Shown one piece after another: positions 1 through 9,409 of a DNA stretch of 48,651 nucleotides. The notes below the pieces were generated by a model. It was not told the DNA's origin. It did no database searches and was given only the letters and a program-made list of their open reading frames with translations. Location: assembly GCA_051748445.1 (NCBI GenBank), contig JBNJHL010000002.1, positions 1-48,651 of the forward strand, written 5' to 3'. Numbering within the stretch: position 1 is the first letter of the stretch; every line of letters starts with the position of its first letter. The DNA comes from Bacillota bacterium (GTDB lineage Bacteria; Bacillota; Dethiobacteria; DTU022). Made by a program: the position numbers and the translations under genes.

Positions 1-1311
1 GGTGATTTCGATCTGATCAGGAATGATTTAAGCGGGCACTTTAAATTGATTAATGATATTCAATTAACAGGCAACTGGGAGCCGATAGGCCAGGATACGG
101 ATGGTAAATCACCATTTAGCGGCACTTTTGACGGACAGGGCTTTACCATTAGCGATCTTATAATCGGCAATAACGATTTACCGGAAGGGTATAATGCCGG
201 TTTTTTCGGTCACACCAGCGGGGCTACCATAAAGAATGTTAACTTGCGTGAGGTCGATGTCAGTGGTAGTGGAAATGTTGGCACACTTGCTGGTAAGGCA
301 AAAAATACAATAGTTGAAAATTGCACAGTCAGCGGTACAGTGCAGGGAAGTGGAAATAATGTTGGAGGCCTTGTTGGTCAGGCTGCAAATGTCAGTATCA
401 CAAACAGTTCCGTTTCAGGTGAGGTATCCGGTGATGCAAACATGGTAGGCGGCCTTGTTGGCAACATGACCGATTACAATTATTCCACAGAGGCCAAAAT
501 TTCTTTTTCTTTTGCTGACGCTGAGGTAAGCGGTAATCAGGGTGTCGGCGGATTGGTTGGTTCTACTCAATCAAAAAGTAATATTAACGATTCGTATGCG
601 ACAGGTATGGTAGAAGGAGATTGCTGTATCGGCGGCCTGGCTGGAGGGGTTTTTAAAGACACTTCAATTAAAAATTGTTATTCGTCATCAACTGTTAACT
701 TAACCAACCAATCAGCAGCTAACACAGGCGGGTTGGCGGGATATGCCCATCCGGAAACCATTGATCAGAATAATTATTGGAATATCTGCCAGAGCGGTCT
801 GGCTGAGTCAGCCCTGGGTACTGGCAATACAAACGAGCAGATGATGCGGGCTTCTTCTTTTGAGAAGTGGGATTTTGAACAAACCTGGCATATCCGGGAA
901 GGATCAGGCAGCCCGATTTTAAAGTGGCAGCTGGAGCATGAAAACAGCAATGATAATGAGCAGTCTGGACAAGAAAACGAGAAGGGTGATTACCGGTCAC
1001 CGAAAAAGCTCTTTAGCTCAGGGTTTTTTATGTTTGCAATGGATTATTCTCCTTGCTTATCTTTAAATATTGAAACTGCTGTTGATTTAATCTTGGCTAA
1101 GTTGGAAAAAGTTGACTTGCTCTTAGAAGTTATGCTGGATAAAGAAAAAGTTGACTTAGAAGAGCTGAATCTTGCTATGGGATTGCTCGAGGAAGTTCGT
1201 GGTTTGCTAACCAGGTATGCTGATCAGCTAGAGGATATAGAGCATTTGCAGCTTTCTGAGAAGGTAGAAGAGCAGATGAACCTGGTCGCTGGTTTGATAG
1301 CGGCAAACTAA
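1..1311 (+). CDS. GLUG-motif repeat protein, 5'-truncated at window edge (putative secreted/cell-surface protein)
   Basis: The frame of ORF 46..1311 stays open back to nt 1 (GDFDLIRNDLSGHFK...), so the TTG at 46 need not be the start. There are six ~28-aa repeats ending in G-G/T-L-V/A-G (NVGTLAGK, NVGGLVGQ, MVGGLVGN, GVGGLVGS, CIGGLAGG, NTGGLAGY). These are followed by WDFEQTW...SPILKWQ, as in GLUG-domain proteins. The C-terminal ~110 aa are acidic and leucine-rich, and look helical. Confidence 0.8.
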   Translation, partial: GDFDLIRNDLSGHFKLINDIQLTGNWEPIGQDTDGKSPFSGTFDGQGFTISDLIIGNNDLPEGYNAGFFGHTSGATIKNVNLREVDVSGSGNVGTLAGKAKNTIVENCTVSGTVQGSGNNVGGLVGQAANVSITNSSVSGEVSGDANMVGGLVGNMTDYNYSTEAKISFSFADAEVSGNQGVGGLVGSTQSKSNINDSYATGMVEGDCCIGGLAGGVFKDTSIKNCYSSSTVNLTNQSAANTGGLAGYAHPETIDQNNYWNICQSGLAESALGTGNTNEQMMRASSFEKWDFEQTWHIREGSGSPILKWQLEHENSNDNEQSGQENEKGDYRSPKKLFSSGFFMFAMDYSPCLSLNIETAVDLILAKLEKVDLLLEVMLDKEKVDLEELNLAMGLLEEVRGLLTRYADQLEDIEHLQLSEKVEEQMNLVAGLIAAN

Positions 1312-1348
1312 TATTAGTCGACTATATTACCGGACAGTAACTGCCCGG

Positions 1349-1398
1349 CCAGCTTAAGAAATCTGAAGCGATAAGCGTGCGCAGTTTTCTTAAGCTGG
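1349..1398. repeat. 13-bp perfect inverted repeat (CCAGCTTAAGAAA / TTTCTTAAGCTGG) with a 24-nt spacer
   Basis: Read directly. Arms are at 1349-1361 and 1386-1398. It is preceded by a smaller hairpin, CCGGACAG-TAA-CTGCCCGG, at 1330-1348. No U-tract follows, so terminator function is uncertain. Confidence 0.5.
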
Positions 1399-1549
1399 CA
1401 AATGCAATTGAATATAGCTGGGCAATTACACCGGATTTATATTCCGGCAGTATATTTACTAAACCAGGCAGGAATAACATTTGCCCTGTCGAATATGCAG
1501 AAAGGTATTGACCCGGTTTCATCCATAATAAGTTTTGGAGGTTTTTTAG

Positions 1550-1807
1550 ATGAGTTTCAAGGTGCGTTTTGCCCTTGTCTGCCTGATTGTCCTGGTTATG
1601 TTTATACTGCACAACAGCTTCTGGTTATGGGGGCTGGATGATAAGGTACCTCTGCTCTTCGGCTTTATGCCTTTTGCCTATTCCTACTATGTTGGTTATG
1701 CATTTTTAGCCCTGTTAGCCATGAAAACGATTATTTCGCTGGCCTGGCCGGATCCTCCTGCTGATCTGTTTGATGCGACAAATGATGAGGGGGGCCCTAA
1801 GAAATGA
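1550..1807 (+). CDS. DUF3311-like small membrane protein (accessory partner of a sodium:solute symporter)
   Basis: 85 aa with two hydrophobic helices. GGAGG lies 11 nt upstream of the ATG. The stop overlaps the start of the downstream SSS transporter (ATGA at 1804-1807), the usual arrangement for DUF3311/SSS pairs. Confidence 0.7.
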   Translation: MSFKVRFALVCLIVLVMFILHNSFWLWGLDDKVPLLFGFMPFAYSYYVGYAFLALLAMKTIISLAWPDPPADLFDATNDEGGPKK

Positions 1808-3303
1808 TTACAACTGTTAGTATTGCACTTATCGCACTATATTTTTTTGTTTTAGTCGGAATCGGAATCTACGGAGCAAGGGTTAGTTTGAAAACCAGGG
1901 AAGATTATTTTATGGCAGGAAGAGGGTTGGGCAGCGTGGCCATATTTATGGCTCTTTTTGCCAGCAATATCACTGCATTTACGATTATCGGTCATGCCGG
2001 CTTTTCTTATGAAGTCGGTTATGGAGCTTACGGTTATGTGATCGGGTGGAGTATTTTTATTACTCCTTTCACTTATTACCTGGTTGGCTATCGTTCCTGG
2101 TTATTAGGTAAACGTTACGGTTATGCTACACAGCCCCAGGTATTTGGGGGGATATTTAATAGCAAATTCGTGGGGTTGCTTTTTTTAATCTTGCTTCTTT
2201 ACTATACTATTCCTTACCTGGTAGTAAGTATTATCGGAGGCAGTCTGGCTTTATCCACCATTACAGACGGAGCTGTGCCTTACTGGCTGGCTTCTTTAAT
2301 TATAATAGGGGTTTCACTTATTTATACTATTCCCGCCGGTTTGCGCGGTACCGTCTGGACAGATGTATTCCAGGGAATTTTATTTATAGTTTTAGCAGTG
2401 CTGCTTCTTGGTGCTGTAGCCCAGGCCCTGGGAGGGTTTTCCGACATAACCCAACAGATTGTTGAGCAAAATCCAGCCATGCTGCGAAGAGAACTATCTG
2501 AAACAATCGCCCCGATTAACTGGTTTAGTTTTTCTTTCGTCAACTCAATTGCGGTAATTGTTTTTCCCCAGATGTTTACTCGGATTCTTGCTGCCCGCCA
2601 GAGCAGTAATTTAAAGAGGGCAAGCCTTTATTATCCCCTGGCTCTGGCCGGTATTTTTGGTGTATCGACGTTACTCGGGGTGTGGGGATCTGTGGCAATA
2701 CCTGGTTTAGGTGGTATTGATGCCGATAATATTGTCCCGATGCTAATCCATCAATTTCTTTCACCTGTCTGGATGATCCTGGGCCTGGTGGTTATACTGG
2801 CCGTGGTAAAATCATCTATAGATTCCCAGTTGCTCTCAATTACTCATCTGGTCACCGATGATCTGCTGCCCTGGTTTAAAAAGGTCAGCTCAGAAAAGGC
2901 AGTATTCTTGGGCAGGATTTTATTGATTATATTTGCTTTTATAGCATTTTACATAGCCCTGGTTCGTCCAGCTGCTATTTTAAACATTGCAGCTTTTGCG
3001 TTTTCTGGTTTTTCAATTATGCTTCCAGTAATGATTGGCGGGCTTTACTGGCGGCGGGCAAACAAGTATGGTGCCTGTGCGGCCCTGATCTTTCCGGCGA
3101 TAATGCTGCACCTGTGGTATCTTAATATTTTACCTGGATGGACTACGTTTGGGTTTATGCCTGTGTTCCCTTCATTTATTCTTTCCACTCTGACCCTGGT
3201 GGTTGTATCTTGCCTGAGTGAACCACCAACGCGGGAAGTACAGGAGAAAACATTTGGTATTTTTTCCCAAGTCTTTAAATATGATGACCAGGCCATTAAT
3301 TAA
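1804..3303 (+). CDS. sodium:solute symporter (SSS) family transporter
   Basis: 499 aa, roughly 13 predicted TM helices, SSS-like sequence (e.g. GLRGTVWTDVFQG). Translationally coupled to the small membrane ORF upstream. Substrate not inferable. Confidence 0.85.
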   Translation: MITTVSIALIALYFFVLVGIGIYGARVSLKTREDYFMAGRGLGSVAIFMALFASNITAFTIIGHAGFSYEVGYGAYGYVIGWSIFITPFTYYLVGYRSWLLGKRYGYATQPQVFGGIFNSKFVGLLFLILLLYYTIPYLVVSIIGGSLALSTITDGAVPYWLASLIIIGVSLIYTIPAGLRGTVWTDVFQGILFIVLAVLLLGAVAQALGGFSDITQQIVEQNPAMLRRELSETIAPINWFSFSFVNSIAVIVFPQMFTRILAARQSSNLKRASLYYPLALAGIFGVSTLLGVWGSVAIPGLGGIDADNIVPMLIHQFLSPVWMILGLVVILAVVKSSIDSQLLSITHLVTDDLLPWFKKVSSEKAVFLGRILLIIFAFIAFYIALVRPAAILNIAAFAFSGFSIMLPVMIGGLYWRRANKYGACAALIFPAIMLHLWYLNILPGWTTFGFMPVFPSFILSTLTLVVVSCLSEPPTREVQEKTFGIFSQVFKYDDQAIN

Positions 3304-3482
3304 GCTGTCAATGTTATTATCCGGGTCCAGTTTATTGCTGGTGCCTGTTGCATAAAACTGAAGCGAGAATAAAGGGCAGTTCCAGCCTAAATGATCAGCG
3401 AACGCCGTTTTATCAGCAGGCTGAAAGTTACCTGTTACTAATAGATAAGGAGCAAGTTATTAGCTAGTATTACAACAAAATA

Positions 3483-5996
3483 ATGGAAAATAAAAATGGA
3501 CCAGTTAATCGCAGCAATTCATTAATCGCGGCAATTTCTAACCGCTTTTTGTTGACCCTGACCCTGTATTACTGTACGGGTATATTGATCGCATATTTAT
3601 GGGTAGTCCGCTATACAGGGTTATTCTGGCCGGTTGTAATAATTTTGGCTTTAACCTTGCTTATTTTTTATTACAGGGTTTTTGTTTTGTATAAAGCAGT
3701 TCTTTTCCTGCTGGCTGCAGCTGCAGGAGGAGCTGCTTTTTATTATGCTTATCTCCCCTCAAATCATAATATAACTTCATTTGCTGGTTCATCGCTTTAT
3801 TTTGAAGGTACCATCATTGAGGAACCGGTTCATTATGACGAACATAGTGTGTATAACCTGGAAATTGAAATGGCAGAAACTGGCAAGCAATCGCATCGCT
3901 TAAATGGAGTAATTCAGCTAAGAATATACGAGGATCAAGGAAAAAGATACTGGTATGGCGAACGCCTGGGTATTAAAGGTAAGATAGTGGAGCCGCGAGG
4001 CATGCGAAACCCTGGTGGCTTTGATTATCGCCTTTACCTGCGCAGCCAGGGTGTAGATGCTCTGATCTATGCAAATTCCTCCCAGGTTTCTTTCCTGGGA
4101 ACAGGCCACACTAACTTCCTGGCAGCTTCGGCAATCAGGCTTCGCAGCAACATGACTGAGCAGATTAAAGCAGCGTTACCTTCACCTTCAGCAGAACTTC
4201 TAATTGCTATATTATTTGGCCAGCGGCATCACCTGCCACCTGAGGTGGAGGATAATTTTCGCCGGGCCGGGGCGGGCCACCTGATGGCGGTTTCAGGCTT
4301 GCATGTCGGCATGGTTGCTGCGCTTGTGCTAGGCTTGTGGAGCCGGATGAATCTGCGCGGGCGCATTCCCCTGGTTCTGGCTATTGTCATGGTTTTTGCT
4401 TATGCTTATCTTACCGGGATGCGTCCATCTGCTTTACGGGCGGCAATTATGGTTTCGCTGGCCCTGGGGGCTATGCTGCTTGATCGTGAAAATGATTTGC
4501 CAACGGCTGTGTCATTTGCAGCGCTGGCAACTTTATTTATCAACCCTTTGCTGCTGTTTTCAGTTGGCTTTCAACTTTCTTATGCCGCCGCTTTAACCAT
4601 AATTTATGCCTATAGACCACTTGAGCACATAATCAGCAGGCTTAATTTGCCCGGCATTTTAACAGGCCCCCTGGCCATAACGATAGCTGCTCAGCTGGGT
4701 GTTATGCCTCTTTGTCTTTATTATTTTCATCATTTCCCGGCCGGAGCTTTACTTTTTAATATTCTCCTGCTACCGTTGATCGCTTTTATAGTTGGAATAG
4801 GATTAACCGGCGCCGTAACCGGTTTAATTGTTGCCGCAGGGGGTGAAATATTACTTTGGGCAGTATATCCCCTGCTTGAATTGATGATGGCTATTACTGC
4901 TTTGGCCAAAGCTGATATATTTTACCATGCTGTTATTCCTCCTGGCATATTATTTTTGGTTATTTATTATAGTTTGATGTGCCTCGCCTTAAGATTTTAT
5001 TACCTGGATTATTACAAGCCAGAGGTTTTTAACCAAACTGTGGCAGGCAGGTACAGTGCATGGGGGTTAAATATTATCTCACGGCTTTACCGGTATAAGC
5101 CAGCTGCACTTGCTATTATCGGGTTAGCACTATTTGTTATCATGATATGGTTTCCCATATTATTTCCCGGCCAGCATCGGTTAAAGGTTACTTTTATTGA
5201 TGTCGGTCAGGGGGCGGCAGCATTAATTGAGGCACCATGTGGAATGACAGTCATGGTTGATGGTGGGGGGCGACCTGCCTATCAGGGAAGCCCGGGGGTA
5301 GTTGGTGAAAGGGTGGTGCTTCCTTTTTTGCGGGAGCGGGGAATAAAAAGATTGGACCTGGCAGTTATCACTCATCCCCATGAAGATCATTACGGCGGCT
5401 TTATTCCCTTGTTAGAAAGTATGCCTGTTGATACAATTTTTGTATCCCAGCTTAAGGAAGGGGCGGGTTATTATGAGGCTTTGCTTGAAGACGCAAATGC
5501 GGCCGGCTCTCAAATATATGAAATCAGGGCAGGACAAACCTGGTTGTGCTGTGATGAGCTGTCACTCGAAGTGATCAACCCCCCGGATAAACTCTTATCA
5601 GGAACAGGAAATGATTCAAATAATAATTCAATTGTTTTTAAAATGCACTATAAAGAAATGGCTATGCTTTTTACTGGAGATATTGAAGATGAGGCTGTAA
5701 ATCAACTGTTCAGGAATGGGGAATGTCTTCAGGCAGATTTACTTTTAATCCCCCATCACGGTGGTTTCATGGAATCGATACCCCGGTTTTTAGAAGCCGT
5801 TGATCCAGTAATTTCAATAATCCAGGTTGGAGTTAATTCTTTCGGCCATCCTCATCCTTTTGTAATTAAGACCCTCGATGATAAGGGTATCCCCGTCTAT
5901 CGAAATGATTACCATGGTGCTGTGATTGTTGAAACAGATGGCAGTAAATTACAGATTACAACCATGGAAAAACCTGAGATTACTGTCAATCAATAA
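3483..5996 (+). CDS. comEC: DNA internalization competence protein ComEC/Rec2
   Basis: 837 aa. It has a polytopic membrane core with the competence-domain sequence (FRRAGAGHLMAVSGLHVG). The C-terminal metallo-beta-lactamase domain shows VTFIDVGQGAA...ITHPHEDHYGG...PHHG. Confidence 0.92.
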   Translation: MENKNGPVNRSNSLIAAISNRFLLTLTLYYCTGILIAYLWVVRYTGLFWPVVIILALTLLIFYYRVFVLYKAVLFLLAAAAGGAAFYYAYLPSNHNITSFAGSSLYFEGTIIEEPVHYDEHSVYNLEIEMAETGKQSHRLNGVIQLRIYEDQGKRYWYGERLGIKGKIVEPRGMRNPGGFDYRLYLRSQGVDALIYANSSQVSFLGTGHTNFLAASAIRLRSNMTEQIKAALPSPSAELLIAILFGQRHHLPPEVEDNFRRAGAGHLMAVSGLHVGMVAALVLGLWSRMNLRGRIPLVLAIVMVFAYAYLTGMRPSALRAAIMVSLALGAMLLDRENDLPTAVSFAALATLFINPLLLFSVGFQLSYAAALTIIYAYRPLEHIISRLNLPGILTGPLAITIAAQLGVMPLCLYYFHHFPAGALLFNILLLPLIAFIVGIGLTGAVTGLIVAAGGEILLWAVYPLLELMMAITALAKADIFYHAVIPPGILFLVIYYSLMCLALRFYYLDYYKPEVFNQTVAGRYSAWGLNIISRLYRYKPAALAIIGLALFVIMIWFPILFPGQHRLKVTFIDVGQGAAALIEAPCGMTVMVDGGGRPAYQGSPGVVGERVVLPFLRERGIKRLDLAVITHPHEDHYGGFIPLLESMPVDTIFVSQLKEGAGYYEALLEDANAAGSQIYEIRAGQTWLCCDELSLEVINPPDKLLSGTGNDSNNNSIVFKMHYKEMAMLFTGDIEDEAVNQLFRNGECLQADLLLIPHHGGFMESIPRFLEAVDPVISIIQVGVNSFGHPHPFVIKTLDDKGIPVYRNDYHGAVIVETDGSKLQITTMEKPEITVNQ

Positions 5997-6170
5997 TTTG
6001 CCACCAGGATAGCAGGTTGCAGTTTCAGAATAAATGATAAGTGATTGTAGTTTTTTAAGCAGGCAGCAGAATGTAGCCGGACAAAGACAAATTAATAATA
6101 TGTTAGCTGGATATTGAGAACTGAAAAGGATAATACTTTGTTTTGCAGAACAATATCTACAGGTGATTAA

Positions 6171-6755
6171 ATGGTTGTGATGGAACACTCAGAGGTAAAA
6201 AAACTGGTCAGGCAGAATGATAATGAAGCCCGGCGGGCTTTGTTCGAGGCGTATTATGGGCGTACTTTTGCTGTTGTTTACAATATTTTACGCCGCCGTG
6301 AAAACGCTGAAGATATTACCCAGGATGCATTCATCAAGGCTTTTCAGAGTCTCGATCAACTGCAGGATCAATCAAAATTTGGAGCCTGGTTGACAGTTAT
6401 TGCATCAAACCTGGCGCGCAATTACCTGAAACGTGAAAAGAAAATAATTCTTACCGAAGAACTACCTGAAATATCAACCGGTTCGACCTCAGGAAATACT
6501 GAAGAGGAAGCGCTGCGCGGCCTGGAAATGGAGAGGGTTAGAAAGGCGATCAGGACCCTGCCTCCTGAACATTACCAAGTTGTTGTCTTGCATTACTATC
6601 ATGACTTAAAGATTGAAGAAATTGCTTCAATGCTCGGTATTCGTGCCGGCACTGTTAAGTCACGCCTTTTCAGGGCAAGAGAAAAACTTGCCGGTGAACT
6701 GGAACTCGAAGAAGGCTACAATTGTCATACTAACAAAGGAGGTGGCTGTGACTGA
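6171..6755 (+). CDS. ECF-type RNA polymerase sigma-70 family factor
   Basis: Region 2 (EDITQDAFIKAF...FGAWLTVIASNLARNYLKR) and region 4 HTH (YQVVVLHYYHDLKIEEIASMLGIRAGTVKSRLFRAREKL). The true start may be GTG 6177 or ATG 6180, because AGGTGA at 6162-6167 is too close to 6171. Confidence 0.9.
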   Translation: MVVMEHSEVKKLVRQNDNEARRALFEAYYGRTFAVVYNILRRRENAEDITQDAFIKAFQSLDQLQDQSKFGAWLTVIASNLARNYLKREKKIILTEELPEISTGSTSGNTEEEALRGLEMERVRKAIRTLPPEHYQVVVLHYYHDLKIEEIASMLGIRAGTVKSRLFRAREKLAGELELEEGYNCHTNKGGGCD

Positions 6756-7519
6756 TGACAGAAAAGCGGAAGTCAGAATTAAATGATGAATTAATCTGTA
6801 ATGCCTTAGAGCTGGAGTTACAGTCTTTGGAAGCCCCTCCAGATCAAAAAAAATGGGAAAGGATAGAATCTGCCCTTCAAAACGAAAAGAATGGTTACCC
6901 TTCCGGTTTAAGCCGTTTTAACTGGAGCAGGGCTGCTGTTGCCGCTGCGGCATGCCTGGTTTTGGTTGTCAGTGGAATTGGGCTGGTCAGAAACCTTAAT
7001 ATATCGATGACTCCTCTTGCCGATGATGCTGTTCCGGAAGCTGCTGATGAAGTAGAAATACTCCATACTGATGAAGAACCTGCAGAGGTGGAAATTATGG
7101 AAGAAGATGCTGTCCGAGCAGCTGACGAAGATGCGCCACTGGCAGGTGAAATAGATCCGGTTCCGCCTGATTGGCCGGATAGCTTGCCCGGTAACTATCG
7201 TTTTAGCACTGCGGTCCTTTTCACCGCGGGAGGAGAACCGATTTATCGCGGCGCGATTTATCAAAATCGCAATGCTGACCTTTTGCTGGTAAAAAAGGAG
7301 CCTTTCCAAAAAGATCTTTTTGGATTTATAGATCATCTTGGCGGGCATATACAGTTAGATGTTGAGGACGTTGACAGTGTTGATGGGTTTGTTCGCTTTA
7401 TGGTAGATGAAAAGCCGGGCCTGGCCTGGCAGGATGATAGCCGCAACCAGGCCCTTTTGGTCTTATCCGGTCAGGAATCCAGAGAAACACTGAAAACTAT
7501 CGCTGTTTCACTGGAATAA
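6755..7519 (+). CDS. putative anti-sigma factor (single-pass membrane protein)
   Basis: The start overlaps the sigma-factor stop (TGATG at 6753-6757). It has a short cytoplasmic N-terminus, one TM helix (AAVAAAACLVLVVSGIGLV), an acidic linker and an extracytoplasmic C-domain. No HxxxCxxC zinc motif is present. Confidence 0.65.
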   Translation: MTEKRKSELNDELICNALELELQSLEAPPDQKKWERIESALQNEKNGYPSGLSRFNWSRAAVAAAACLVLVVSGIGLVRNLNISMTPLADDAVPEAADEVEILHTDEEPAEVEIMEEDAVRAADEDAPLAGEIDPVPPDWPDSLPGNYRFSTAVLFTAGGEPIYRGAIYQNRNADLLLVKKEPFQKDLFGFIDHLGGHIQLDVEDVDSVDGFVRFMVDEKPGLAWQDDSRNQALLVLSGQESRETLKTIAVSLE

Positions 7520-7540
7520 AAGAAGGGCGCCGGATATTGC

Positions 7541-8536
7541 CTATGATGGATCTATATACTTCATCATTTTACGCAGTTTATTTCCAACATCAACAATCTG
7601 ATGTTTATCTTCGATTTTTCTCAAGGCTTTGAACTGGGGCTGGTTAGCCTGATTCTCTGTAACCCATTCCAGTGCGAATTGACCAGTTTGGATTTCTTCC
7701 AGAATTTTTTTCATTTCGCTGCGTACCTTGTCGTTGATAATCCTTGGTCCTCTGGTTAAATCACCATATTCAGCAGTATCGCTTACTGAATAGCGCATCC
7801 TCTCAAGGCCACCTTCATATATCAGGTCTACTATTAATTTTAGTTCGTGCAGGCATTCAAAATAAGCTACCTCGGGTTGATATCCTGCTTCAACCAGGGT
7901 TTCAAAGCTGGTCTTGATTAGCGCAGAAACACCGCCACACAGGATGACCTGTTCTCCAAACAAATCGGTTTCAGTTTCCTCCTGGAGGCTTGTTTCAATT
8001 ACTCCTGAACGGGTGCAGCCAATCCCTTTGGCATAGGCCAGGGCAAGCTGTTTGGCTTTCCCGGTGTAATCCTGGTGGACTGCCATCAGGCCAGGAACGC
8101 CGGCACCTTCTTTGTAAAGCCTTCTTAACAAGTGCCCAGGGCTTTTTGGGGCCACCATAAAAACATCAACATTTTCAGGTGGTACAACCTGGTTATAAAT
8201 AATATTAAACCCGTGTGATACTACCAGGGCTTTACCTTCAGAAAGGTGAGGTAAAACTGACTCCTTGTAAACAACCGGCTGGACATTATCACCAATTAAG
8301 ATTTGGATTAAGTCGGCTTCCTTTGCCGCATCGCTTACTGTTTCTACTTTGAGACCATCCTTTTTAACCTGGTCCCTGCTTTTACTTTCTGCATGCAAAC
8401 CTACGACAACATCAAGACCGCTGTCCTTAAGATTTTGGGCTTGCGAATGTCCCTGGCTGCCGTAGCCTAGTACGGCAATTTTTTTGTTTTTCAGGATGTT
8501 TAGGTCGGCATCCTGGTCATAGTACATTACTGCCAT
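7541..8536 (-). CDS. ilvC: ketol-acid reductoisomerase (class I)
   Basis: 331 aa. N-terminus is [40 protein letters not shown], with the rest typical of short-form KARI. Confidence 0.95.
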   Translation of the reverse strand: MAVMYYDQDADLNILKNKKIAVLGYGSQGHSQAQNLKDSGLDVVVGLHAESKSRDQVKKDGLKVETVSDAAKEADLIQILIGDNVQPVVYKESVLPHLSEGKALVVSHGFNIIYNQVVPPENVDVFMVAPKSPGHLLRRLYKEGAGVPGLMAVHQDYTGKAKQLALAYAKGIGCTRSGVIETSLQEETETDLFGEQVILCGGVSALIKTSFETLVEAGYQPEVAYFECLHELKLIVDLIYEGGLERMRYSVSDTAEYGDLTRGPRIINDKVRSEMKKILEEIQTGQFALEWVTENQANQPQFKALRKIEDKHQIVDVGNKLRKMMKYIDPS

Positions 8537-8693
8537 TTATTCAGTCCTCCCTAATTTTGATAACATTATTAATTAGCCATTATAAGCCAAACTCCTGCCG
8601 GAAGATGAATAAAAAAATGAATTGGGCATGTGAAATAGGTTTATCAGATGATTTATAAGCACACGCGTAAACTGAAATAGCGGATGCATGGGT

Positions 8694-8722
8694 TTGTAAA
8701 GCGTTCGGAAAATGTTTATAAT
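8694..8722 (+). promoter_or_regulatory. sigmaA-type promoter candidate for the rubrerythrin gene (TTGTAA-17-TATAAT)
   Basis: The -35 is TTGTAA at 8694-8699 and the -10 is TATAAT at 8717-8722, with a 17-nt spacer, about 55 nt upstream of the start codon. Confidence 0.45.
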
Positions 8723-8775
8723 AAAAAAGTCGAACTAAGGCAGGTTTTAAAAATATAAGAAAGGAGTGGTTGCTA

Positions 8776-9348
8776 ATGAGCTTAAAAGGAACACGGACTG
8801 AAAAAAATATTCTAACTGCGTTTGCCGGAGAATCTCAAGCACGAAACCGCTATACTTATTTCGCCAGCAAAGCGAAAAAGGATGGCTATGTGCAGATATC
8901 CGCGATATTCGAGGAAACAGCAAACCAGGAAAAGGAACATGCCAAAAGGCTTTTTAAGCTGCTTGAAGGCGGCGAAGTTGAAATACAGGCTTCTTTTCCA
9001 GCCGGGGTTATCGGTAATACTATGGAAAACTTGAAAGAAGCTGCCGGCGGAGAAAACTACGAGTGGACAGACATGTACCCCGGTTTCGCCAGAGTGGCCA
9101 GGCAGGAAGGGTTTAATGATATAGCCGATATATTTGAATCGATTGCGGTAGCAGAAAAGCAGCACGAAAAGCGCTACCTGGGGTTAATGGATAATATTAA
9201 GAATGGTAAAGTATTCAAGAAGGATCAGGTTGAAGTGTGGTTTTGCCGAAACTGTGGTTATGTTTATGAAGGGAAGGAGTCTCCTTTAGTCTGTCCTTCA
9301 TGCAATCATTCGCAGGCTCATTTTGAAGTTGTAAGCGAAAACTGGTAA
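8776..9348 (+). CDS. rbr: rubrerythrin
   Basis: Ferritin-like diiron domain ([11 protein letters not shown]...EKEHAKRL...[11 protein letters not shown]...EKQHEKRY) plus a C-terminal rubredoxin-like CRNCGY...CPSCNH. I prefer ATG 8776, 9 nt after AAGGAG (8761-8766), over the TTG at 8770 in the ORF track. Confidence 0.93.
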   Translation: MSLKGTRTEKNILTAFAGESQARNRYTYFASKAKKDGYVQISAIFEETANQEKEHAKRLFKLLEGGEVEIQASFPAGVIGNTMENLKEAAGGENYEWTDMYPGFARVARQEGFNDIADIFESIAVAEKQHEKRYLGLMDNIKNGKVFKKDQVEVWFCRNCGYVYEGKESPLVCPSCNHSQAHFEVVSENW

Positions 9349-9409
9349 ATATTAGTCTAAGTTTTGGTGTCAAACTTCGGATTTCTTATTACTTAGGGGG
9401 GGACTGAAA

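Noticed and set aside
719-1000. Antisense or alternate-frame ORFs embedded in confidently identified genes: 719..1000, 2322..2543, 6908..7348, 8812..9165, 9638..10006, 13662..13955, 30204..30518, 33445..33951, 34606..34917, 35334..35684, 40049..40348, 42156..42572, 44795..45127, 45361..45748, 47213..47539, 48233..48511.
   Set aside because: Each is fully overlapped by a CDS with clear family motifs. None has an SD sequence, and all show the skewed composition typical of shadow frames.
1322-1641. ORFs 1322..1612 (-) and 1402..1641 (+) in the spacer before the symporter.
   Set aside because: They overlap each other, the inverted repeat and the start of the DUF3311 ORF. They have no SD and resemble no protein I recognise.
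8555-8585. TTGATAACATTATTAATTA next to the ilvC RBS looked like a Fur/PerR 7-1-7 box, and GTTCGGAAAATG at ~8702-8713 looked like a CodY box for ilvC.
   Set aside because: Only one half-site of the Fur/PerR motif fits (TGATAAC). The CodY match is about 10/15. Such matches are expected by chance in AT-rich spacers.
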